A DNA stretch of 64,000 nucleotides from Cenarchaeum sp. (lineage in GTDB: Archaea > Thermoproteota > Nitrososphaeria > Nitrososphaerales > Nitrosopumilaceae), in NCBI GenBank assembly GCA_965212015.1, contig OZ243037.1, positions 96,001-160,000 on the forward strand, given 5' to 3'. This document shows, one piece after another, positions 11,704-19,634 of this stretch. The first letter of the stretch is position 1. Every line of letters begins with the position of its first letter. Made by a program: the position numbers and the translations under genes. The notes below the pieces were generated by a model that was given only the letters and a program-made list of their open reading frames with translations, ran no database searches and was not told the DNA's origin.

Positions 11704-11870
11704 TAGTATGAAAAAGTCTTTCAAAACCGACCCGGATTGACGCCTAGGCTCTGTCGGCAATGTCACAAAAAACCACGAATCGGAGTCAAAAGTTGACAAA
11801 TTGAGGATCTTGTGGGCAGATGCTGGCCCGTCTGTAAAGCCCCGAATCAAAGCCAAAAGTTGACAAATTA
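11704..11870 (+). repeat. Partial copy of the island repeat unit upstream of the deaminase
   Basis: tagtatgaaaaagtctt..gattgacgcctaggctctg..cgaatcggagtcaaaagttgacaaatt matches copies near 13956, 14254 and 14606. Confidence 0.85.
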
Positions 11871-12085
11871 AAAGAGAGTGCCCTCGGCGGGAGTCTGCAG
11901 CTCAAAGTCAACGCCCTGTATTTCTTGCAAATTTTGATCACTCATACGCAACCATACACATGATGTGCTTTGATATGTGTTGCGGCAGGTTATCGTATAA
12001 TGACCTGCCTCTTATATTGAATCAGCGATCAGGATCAACTTTATAATTGTGGCAAAGAACAAATCATTATACGGAATAGATCAAT

Positions 12086-13552
12086 ATGGGTGAGAAAACA
12101 AAGCCTCCAGAGCTGTTCATCGGGCTGACTGGGGCAGTCGGCACTGATTTGGATGAGGTCTCTAAAATGTTTGAGAACAAGCTACAGACCTTGGGATACA
12201 GAACAGAGATTATCGTATTGAGCAGATTGCTGGAGCAGGTAATAGGACTGGTAAATAAATATGACAAGAAGGACGAGTATGCCAGGGTCATGGCGCTTAT
12301 GGATGCCGGGGATGAATTCAGAAGAAAGGCCAAAACCCGTGATGCACTGGTTCGGCTTGCCATATTGTACATGATCGAGATCCGAGCCAGAGTGAACGGC
12401 TCTGATTCTGACCATGGGCAGGCATACATATTCAAGTCATTAAAACAGGTAGATGAGGTAAAAAAACTGCGCGAAGTATATGGCAAGAATTTCTGGCTTG
12501 CCTCCGTATATTCCCCACGTAATATTCGATTAAATTACTTGGAAGGTAAAATTGGCAAAGGCGGTTCGGATGTAAAAGAATTGATGAAACGCGACGAATA
12601 TGACGGTACAAATCCTTTGGGTCAGAACGTCCGTGATACGTTCTCAGAGGCAGATGTCTTTCTCAACATGAATCTTAATCTGCGTGGATCAATTGACAAG
12701 TTTATCGAGCTCTTGTTTGAAAACACACTCAATACACCATCCATAGAGGAATCCGGAATGATGCATGCTTTTACTGTCTCTATGGCATCCTCCTCGCTAT
12801 CGCGGCAGGTGGGAGCCTCGATTCTCACAAAATCAGGTGATCTTATATCGACGGGAATCAACGAGGTTCCAAAGGCAGGCGGCGGCCATTATCTGGCCGG
12901 AGACAGAAACGATGCAAGAGAGTGGCAGATTGGCCATGATTCCAACACACGCAAAAAGACAGAGGCACTTGGCGAATTCTTGTCCAATCTGGATATGGAA
13001 GGTTGGCTGGCAGATGGCGTTCAAAAATCAGACATGACGGCAAAAGCTCTGGAATCCGAGAAAATCAAAAGATCGGCATTTCTCAACCTGATAGAATATG
13101 GCAGAGAGGTGCACGCAGAAATGTCGGCTCTGATGAGCGCGATTCGTATTGGAGTATCCGTTACAGGTTGCACAATGTATTGTACTACTTTTCCGTGCCA
13201 TATCTGTGCCAAGCACATAATTGCAAGCGGAATATCCAGACTGGTCTATATCGAGCCCTATCCCAAGAGTCTGGCAGAAGAGCTGTATGGTGACTCGATT
13301 GCAGTGGATGAGGCGGTAACGGAGAATCAGATTCAATTCGAGCCGTTCATCGGCGTATCTCCTAGGCGGCATATGGAATTGTTTAAGATGTTAAAGAGAA
13401 AGGACGAGCAGGGCAATATTATACCATGGAATCCAACCGGCGCTACTCTTAGATATGATGAATTAATCCTGCCTTATAAGAAGGAACAACAGGAGGCCAA
13501 TAAATTAGAGAAAATATTGATCGATCAGGGATTAAAATTTGAACAAAATTGA
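12086..13552 (+). CDS. Anti-phage dCTP/dCMP deaminase (N-terminal P-loop kinase-like domain plus Zn deaminase; AvcD-like)
   Basis: FIGLTGAVGT, SLK..EVKKLREVYG, GQNVRDTF..ADVF, SLSRQVGA, GINEVPKAGGG, VHAEMSA, TTFPCHICAKHII, YIEPYPKS; visibly lower GC than the core genes. Confidence 0.9.
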   Translation: MGEKTKPPELFIGLTGAVGTDLDEVSKMFENKLQTLGYRTEIIVLSRLLEQVIGLVNKYDKKDEYARVMALMDAGDEFRRKAKTRDALVRLAILYMIEIRARVNGSDSDHGQAYIFKSLKQVDEVKKLREVYGKNFWLASVYSPRNIRLNYLEGKIGKGGSDVKELMKRDEYDGTNPLGQNVRDTFSEADVFLNMNLNLRGSIDKFIELLFENTLNTPSIEESGMMHAFTVSMASSSLSRQVGASILTKSGDLISTGINEVPKAGGGHYLAGDRNDAREWQIGHDSNTRKKTEALGEFLSNLDMEGWLADGVQKSDMTAKALESEKIKRSAFLNLIEYGREVHAEMSALMSAIRIGVSVTGCTMYCTTFPCHICAKHIIASGISRLVYIEPYPKSLAEELYGDSIAVDEAVTENQIQFEPFIGVSPRRHMELFKMLKRKDEQGNIIPWNPTGATLRYDELILPYKKEQQEANKLEKILIDQGLKFEQN

Positions 13553-13590
13553 CCCGATATTCTTATATGGTACCGGTTGCTGTATATGGT

Positions 13591-13701
13591 ATGCAAGATT
13601 TACCAAAAGGCTGGATGGCAAAAGTGTTCAAAGAGGCTGCCGAGGCAGTGAAAAAAATACCAAAAGAAGAGCGTGAATATTATGAGCAGCATTCTAGCTA
13701 G
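13591..13701 (+). CDS. Microprotein copy 1 (36 aa, MQDLPKGWMAKVFKEAAEAVKKIPKEEREYYEQHSS)
   Basis: Translated by hand. TTATAT at 13563-13568 upstream; paralogue at 14706 differs by many synonymous changes. Confidence 0.7.
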   Translation: MQDLPKGWMAKVFKEAAEAVKKIPKEEREYYEQHSS

Positions 13702-13859
13702 AATATAGACAGGTTTATGAATTCTGGCTGGATCGAGTTAAAGGTATCCAATAATTCTGTTTTACAGGTCACTTTGTCGTGTCTGAGTGAGGCCCAAAAT
13801 TGGCAAATATGTTGGGATCTCAAGAGGCTGGCAAATTAGGGAATCGTAGACAGGGGTAG

Positions 13860-14665
13860 TGCAGTCTGTAAAGCCCCGAACCGGAGCCAAAAGTTGGCAA
13901 AGTTGACAAATTGGGAGAGGTTGCAAGGCCATATGGTTCAGAAATACATCCAGTCCTAGTATGAAAAAGTCTTCCAAAATAGAAGACAACCGGGTTCGTG
14001 CCTAGATTGACGCCTAGGCTCTGCCGGTAACGCCAAAAACCCCGAATTGGAGCCAAAAGTTGGCAAAGTTGACAAAGTTGGCAAAGTTGGCAAATTGGGG
14101 AATGGCAGTGGGCAGGTGTGGGGCCGTCTGTAAAGCCCGAATTGGAGCCAAAAGTTGACAAAGTTGGCAAAGTTGGCAAAGTTGGCAAAGTTGGCAAAGT
14201 TGGCAAATCAGGGGTGGTTGCAAGGCCATATGGTTCAGAAATACATCCAGTCCTAGTATGAAAAAGTCTTCCAAAACCGACCCAGATTGACGCCTAGACT
14301 CTGCCGGCAATGTTATCAAAAACCCCGAACCGGAGCCAAAAGTTCACAAAGTTCACAAATTGGGGGACACTGCCTAAAAAGTTGGCAAAGTTGGCAAATC
14401 AGGGATGATGCCTAGAAAGTTGGCAAATTCAGGAAAAACGCCCAGGCGGGGATCTGGGAGCAAAGTAGACAAAGTAGACAGAGTAGACAAGTTGGGGATG
14501 CCTAGAAAGTTGGCAAATTCAGGAAAAACGCCCAGGCGGGGATCTGAACGCAAAGTAGACAAATCAGGAAGCTGCAAGACCATATGGTCCAGAAATACAT
14601 CTGTCTAGTATGAAAGAATCTTCCAAAATACACCTAGATTGACGCCTAGGTTCTACCGGCAAAGT
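13860..14665 (+). repeat. Nested repeat field: 9-bp tandem units (AAAGTTG[G/A]C and variants) inside 28-bp, 50-bp and ~300-bp repeated units
   Basis: Six tandem 9-mers at 14151-14204 and four near 14056-14091; identical 50-mers at 14407-14456 and 14497-14546; gcaaggccatatggttcagaaatacatccagtcctagtatgaaaaagtcttccaaaa near 13923 and 14220, degenerate copy near 14574. Confidence 0.92.
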
Positions 14666-14705
14666 CGGTGATATTGTTATATGGTACCGGCTTGCCATAT
14701 ATGGT

Positions 14706-14825
14706 ATGCAAGACTTACCAAAAGGCTGGATGGCAAAAGTACTCAAAGAAACTGTGGAGGAAGTGAAAAAAATGCCAAAAGAAGAGCGCGAATACTATGA
14801 ACAATCATCCAACTATAATGACTAG
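14706..14825 (+). CDS. Microprotein copy 2 (39 aa, MQDLPKGWMAKVLKETVEEVKKMPKEEREYYEQSSNYND)
   Basis: Translated by hand. TTATAT at 14677-14682 upstream; no indels relative to copy 1. Confidence 0.7.
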   Translation: MQDLPKGWMAKVLKETVEEVKKMPKEEREYYEQSSNYND

Positions 14826-15022
14826 TGGTTTTTAAATTCTGGCAGGATCAAGTTAAAGATATCTAGTAGCTCGGTTTCTCAGATCGCTTTGCCGTGTCTG
14901 AGTAAGGCCCAAAATTGGCAGATATGTTGGGATCTCAAGAGGCTGGCAAATTAGAGAATTATGGGCAGGCGTAGTATAATCTGTAAACCCGGAATTGGAG
15001 CCAAAAGTTGACAAATCAGGGG

Positions 15023-15737
15023 GTGGTTGTAGGCGTATATGGAAATGCTCATGATATTCCCGAGGATGGCGCAGTATACGTGTTTACACGAACTATCGAC
15101 GGTTGGAGCGAATCCCAAAAAATTGTTGCAAATGACGGCAGCAGAGGCGATCATTTTGGCTGGGATGTGGCCATTGATCAGAAAACCATTATCGTGGGCT
15201 CGTTTAAAAATGCCCTTTATGTATTTGATGTGAACGACCGTGTGGAGCCAGATCCAAAAGATTACATCTGTAGATAGTGCACATCGCGACTATTTTGGCA
15301 AAGATGCGGACATACACAACAATACAATAATTGTAGGTGCGATCGTGGACGATGATGGAGGTACCAATTCCGGCTCTGCATATGTTTTTACCAAGAACGG
15401 TGCCACAAACAGCTGGGAGGAGGTCTCAAAGCTGCAGCCAGATGACGGCGGGCGCCTTGACTATTTTGGCAACAGCGTTTCAGTATATGACGACACTGTA
15501 ATAGTGGGCTCGATTTTTCACGATGCGGGTGCGGCCTATGTCTTTAAGAACGGCGACAATGCATGGGAGTTTGACTCCAAGCTGACTGTGGATGACGGCA
15601 GAAAACACAACTGGTTCGGTTACGAGGTCCGGGCGTATCAAGACACGCTCCTTGTGGGCTCGATACTGACGGACGGTCAGCTCGAAGGCGAGCTAGTACA
15701 CAACTCTGGGGCCGTATACGAGTACAATCCGCCATAG
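15023..15737 (+). pseudogene. Silent, 5'-truncated and frameshifted copy of the FG-GAP propeller of the surface protein
   Basis: ORFs 15008-15277 and 15240-15737 together match the C-terminus of 8328-11080. 2-bp deletion near 15240 (gacggtgtgtggagc to gaccgtgtggagc); no signal peptide. Confidence 0.88.
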
Positions 15738-16120
15738 CATTGGAGTGGCTGAACCGTATCTGCGTTAGCTTGGCAAAAGCCAGGTTCTGTATAGATACGT
15801 TCCTGCGGATCAGGCAGCGCAGTCCCGGCGCAGGCTGCGCACATAGACGCACTGCTCGTGGGATATGGCCATCTCGTCGCAGCCGATCCTGCGGTCAGTC
15901 ATCACTGCGCCAGAGTCCCTGGCTATTACGATCGGAGTGGACTCTGAGCTCTCGCCCATCTTTAGGTTTGCAATTGTGGCCAGGCTGTCAGCTGTTGCCT
16001 GAAAGGTCACCTTTAGGGGCCGTCCATTCAGGTCGGTTTTTGCGCGCATGTCTGCCACCGGTTCTAGTCCGGCGCACGCTATTGCCACGCCGGTCGTTCC
16101 TACCCTTGCGGGCATTAGCC
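15082..16120 (+). repeat. Long direct repeat copy B
   Basis: Matches 10424-11463, with patchy identity. Confidence 0.93.
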
Positions 16121-16592
16121 TGCTGTCCGTGATTATCACCCCGACATGGACGGACTCTGAGAGCAGAATTTTTCTCCTTATCTGCTCTGCTGTCCGGTAC
16201 GGGTCGTCCGGATACAGGATTACCGTCCCGCTTTTTGCGTTTGACTTGTCGATTCCGGCGTTTGGCGCCATAATGCTGTCGCTAGAGGCCATCACAAAGC
16301 CCGCAATGCCCCCAAAGACGCGGTCCGATTCCCTGATTATAATCTCGGCAATCCGGGGATTCATTGCGTGCATTTTTGCCAGTGCTGCGGCCCCATGTGA
16401 TGCCGCAACGCCGTCAAGGGCGATGATTCGCCGCTGCGCGTTTGAGACATACTTGCTGGAGACTATTAGCACGTCGCCGTCCTGCAGGTTGATCCCGCCT
16501 GACTGCAAGGAACGCGTTATCTCCCCGTAAAGGTCAAACCCGTCCTGCCTTTTTTGCGCGGTAACGGGAATCACTGTGAGGGTCACTGCCAC
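15810..16592 (-). CDS. cofE: Coenzyme F420-0:L-glutamate ligase
   Basis: DGDVLIVSSK, NAGIDKSN, GVIITDS, R.GTTGVA, DLNGRPLKVT..A.AD.LA, MGE..ESTP. Start position approximate (GTG). Confidence 0.9.
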   Translation of the reverse strand: MAVTLTVIPVTAQKRQDGFDLYGEITRSLQSGGINLQDGDVLIVSSKYVSNAQRRIIALDGVAASHGAAALAKMHAMNPRIAEIIIRESDRVFGGIAGFVMASSDSIMAPNAGIDKSNAKSGTVILYPDDPYRTAEQIRRKILLSESVHVGVIITDSRLMPARVGTTGVAIACAGLEPVADMRAKTDLNGRPLKVTFQATADSLATIANLKMGESSESTPIVIARDSGAVMTDRRIGCDEMAISHEQCVYVRSLRRDCAA

Positions 16593-16877
16593 CGGCACGC
16601 CTGATCTCCTTTTTACTGTTGCGCAAAACACCAGCTGGCTGCGCGGAGCGGCGTGATCGGAAAACGACTGGTTTTTGGCTTGCAGAATATGCACGGTTTC
16701 CGTTTTGGGCAGTCTTGGTGAAATTGCTTTTGAGCGCCGGCATGTGCGTCTCGTATGGTCAATTTTGTGATTTTAGAAAAAACCAGGATTCAAGGTGTGC
16801 CTCTAGTTTAATGACCGTCCCATTTCCTATGAATGCGGTGAGAAAAAAGTTTAAAATCTAACCATCATAGTTAGATT

Positions 16878-17699
16878 ATGGGCCTGAATCTCTCCACAAG
16901 GCCGCTCAGTCACGAGGAACAAAAATTCTACCTGTATCTGGAGGGTGCAGGAATCAGCTCCTTCAAGGTCTCTGAAATCGACGAGAAGGAATCAGGGCTG
17001 AGCAGGGAGCATCTTTATGTGATAATCGGCAGGCTGGAAAAAAAGGGATGGATAACCGGGGTGGGAAAGGGAGTCTATCTGCGGCTTCCTGCCAGTACGG
17101 CCCTTGATGGGCGCGCATACCTTGAGGATCCCTTCGAGGTCGGCCTAAAGACGTATTCGGGATATCTTGCATTTCAGAGCGCGCTGAGGATACACGGATT
17201 GAGCGAGTACCAGTCGTTTACCGTTTTTGTTGCAACCAAAAACAAGTCAGAGACCCTACCGCTGCTTGATCACTATGAAATAAAGGCCGTAAAAATAGGG
17301 AAAAGGTTCACCGGCTTTGAGGAAAAAGGAAAATACAAGGTTTCAACAATGGCAAAGACGTTCTTTGACTGTTTTTGCCACCCGCAGTATGCGGGAGGCT
17401 ATTCTGAGATACTGAAATCACTGCACAGGACAAAAAACATGGATTGGACAGAGATGGAAAAACATCTAGCTGAGCTTGGCTCGTCTAGTCTGTGCCAAAA
17501 GATCGGCCATATGGTCTCGCTGCTTCAAAAAGAGACGCAATACGAGATTCCGGCGGGGTTTTTAGGATATCTAAAGGGCAGAATAAAAAACAAGACAAGG
17601 CTTGATTTTGCCGCATCCGGAGGGCAATATGTCCGAGACTGGATGGTAATTGACAATATAGGGGAGAGAAAGCTCCTGTCGTGGTGGTATGATGGTTGA
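16878..17699 (+). CDS. Type IV TA antitoxin / transcriptional regulator (AbiEi-like)
   Basis: N-terminal wHTH RLEKKGWI..VGKGVY, YLAFQSALRIHGL, VSTMAKTFFDC..P.YAGG; overlaps the next gene. Confidence 0.85.
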   Translation: MGLNLSTRPLSHEEQKFYLYLEGAGISSFKVSEIDEKESGLSREHLYVIIGRLEKKGWITGVGKGVYLRLPASTALDGRAYLEDPFEVGLKTYSGYLAFQSALRIHGLSEYQSFTVFVATKNKSETLPLLDHYEIKAVKIGKRFTGFEEKGKYKVSTMAKTFFDCFCHPQYAGGYSEILKSLHRTKNMDWTEMEKHLAELGSSSLCQKIGHMVSLLQKETQYEIPAGFLGYLKGRIKNKTRLDFAASGGQYVRDWMVIDNIGERKLLSWWYDG

Positions 17700-18501
17700 A
17701 TTGCGGGAGGCAAGACAGGCAGCTGCAAGAACGGGAATTGGAATACAATATATTCTAAAAGAGGCAAGGGTATTTGATATTTGGAGCAAGATGTGTCCTG
17801 TCATGCTATCCGATGTAATATTGACAAATGCAAAAACAATATGCAAGGGCGGAACTTCATTGAACAAGATATATCTTGGTAAAATACAATGATTTTCAGA
17901 AGACATTGATTTTGATATATTTTTCAAAGATGATCGATCAAAGGATGAAAAGATCGATTTCATTAAAAATAAGATCATCGCACCTCTAAACAATTCCTAT
18001 GAAATACCAAAGGAATTCAAAAGAAGAAACACCATTCATTTTATGTGCAAGTTTAAAAATGAAATCAATATGGATGATAGCGTGTCTCTTGAATTCAAAA
18101 TTGGGGAAAAAATGACAGGTAGCAGTATAGTTACTAACGCAAGCAGTGCGATACTTCCATTAACCGTAGACAGAGTTCCTGCATATTCATTTCATACACT
18201 ACTTGCCCAAAAACTAAAGGCATTATATGAGCGAGATGAGGGAAAAGATATCTATGACATCTATGTTGGCCTTAATGCCACGAGGGAAATAAGCACGATA
18301 ATTGAGATTTTAAAAGACGTCCTAGCCTCGGCGAATATACGATATGACGATTTTAAAAAAGGAATTACAGAAAAACTTGAAGATGAGAAAAAAATGAAAA
18401 GCCTGCACGGTTCGACCAACCCGTATATTCCAAAGAATCTCAGGATAAATTGGGACATTGCTGCAAAAGGGATTTTAGACAAGATTGGGCCACATCTCTA
18501 G
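17692..18501 (+). pseudogene. AbiEii-family nucleotidyltransferase toxin interrupted by in-frame TGA (17890-17892)
   Basis: One frame reads KGGTSLNKIY..Q*FSEDIDF..LAQKLKALYERDEGKDIYD; ORFs 17689 and 18043 are in the same frame. Confidence 0.88.
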
Positions 18502-18751
18502 CTTGCCATACCTTTACAATTTGTATCACATCAGGATCCGCGCATATCTGTTTGTGCCTTTTCACACGTAATTTGCACCTATGCGAGGATCCTGATATCC
18601 TCCCAGATCATCATACGAGGGGGCAAATCGTTCATCCCGTGCGCTTTGGCCGTGACATTCGTGATAAATACGTCCACATTTTGCCGGTTTTTTAAGCGGC
18701 TGCCGGCCCGGCCTCCGACTCGATTAAATACGATATGCGCGTAATTCGGCC

Positions 18752-18991
18752 ATGTCGTCTGCGTACGTGCTTGTCAACTGCGAGCTTGGCTATGAGGAGG
18801 CAGTCATATCGCAGCTAAAGCTCATCGATGCGGTAAGGGAGGTGCACGGCACGTTCGGGGCGTATGACATTCTAGCCAAGGTAGAGGCCGACGAGATAAG
18901 CGTGCTGCGCGAGACCATTACCTGGAGGATCAGAAAGATAGGCAAAATCCGCTCCACCCTGACGCTGATGGGAATAGAGGGACAAGAGTAA
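18752..18991 (+). CDS. Lrp/AsnC ligand-binding domain protein
   Basis: AYVLVNCELG.E, EVHGTFGAYDILAKV, IRSTLTL. Confidence 0.9.
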   Translation: MSSAYVLVNCELGYEEAVISQLKLIDAVREVHGTFGAYDILAKVEADEISVLRETITWRIRKIGKIRSTLTLMGIEGQE

Positions 18992-19065
18992 CTGCCGGTG
19001 CGCGGTTTTAAAATTACACCAATAAATGACGCACAATTGACCTAGCACGTTCTAAATGCAATACC

Positions 19066-19629
19066 ATGAGTGTTGGCATGGACGTGCTGGCAATCGCAGA
19101 AGAGAACCTGCTAGTGACGCTGGGCGTCGCGCTGTCCATCGGGGCACTTCAGGGCGCAGTCTTGGGGAGGGGGATAAGAAAGAGGTTTCCGGCAATCAAG
19201 GCGCACGCAAGGGCAGCCTCGCTAATACTTTTGGCGCTGCTGGTACTTGCCATGGCAGCAAACATACTCCAGCTTGCCTCGCCAGAAAAGACTAGCCTGT
19301 CTGAGATAATTCTGCCTGACACGCTTGAGGGGGCCGCCTCGCTGCTGCTTGGCGTGCTGGGAATAGCAGGCCTTGGATCCGCAGTGGTGGTGTTCTGTTC
19401 GGTCACGCTGATTCTGCTGTTCCGCTCCGCGCAGATTCCGGGAATTGCGCGGTATTTCATATTCGGGATCGGCGTCATAACAATGTCGGTGTTTTTGCTG
19501 GCGCGCTTTACTGACTATGACCCGACTGACTTTCAGATAACGCTGTACGCCGCATACCAGTCCGGCGTGACTGCCGGGGTGTTTGCGGTGACTAGGAGAC
19601 GGGAGCGCATACTCTCCGAGCTGGAATAG
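19066..19629 (+). CDS. Hypothetical multi-pass membrane protein
   Basis: About five hydrophobic segments. Confidence 0.7.
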   Translation: MSVGMDVLAIAEENLLVTLGVALSIGALQGAVLGRGIRKRFPAIKAHARAASLILLALLVLAMAANILQLASPEKTSLSEIILPDTLEGAASLLLGVLGIAGLGSAVVVFCSVTLILLFRSAQIPGIARYFIFGIGVITMSVFLLARFTDYDPTDFQITLYAAYQSGVTAGVFAVTRRRERILSELE

Positions 19630-19634
19630 GCGCG

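Noticed and set aside
13717-13839. Second small ORF (MNSGWIELKV..., 40 aa) after microprotein copy 1
   Set aside because: The paralogous region near 14835-14953 lacks an in-frame ATG and differs mostly by non-synonymous changes.
13860-14665. CRISPR array
   Set aside because: Repeats are degenerate and irregularly spaced, the intervening sequences are themselves repeated rather than unique spacers, and there are no cas genes in the window.
13762-14746. ORFs with PTLPTL / CQLCQL / ANFANF / VDKVDK repeats
   Set aside because: These are translations of the 9-bp tandem repeat in several frames on both strands; no evidence they are expressed.
10424-15737. Diversity-generating retroelement (TR/VR pair)
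   Set aside because: Differences between the copies are not confined to adenines, the repeat is ~1 kb and includes cofE, and no reverse transcriptase is in the window.
17890-17892. Selenocysteine or programmed readthrough of the AbiEii TGA
   Set aside because: The position corresponds to Arg, not Cys. The SelB-like gene at 45621 lacks an intact GTPase P-loop, and no Sec machinery is visible.
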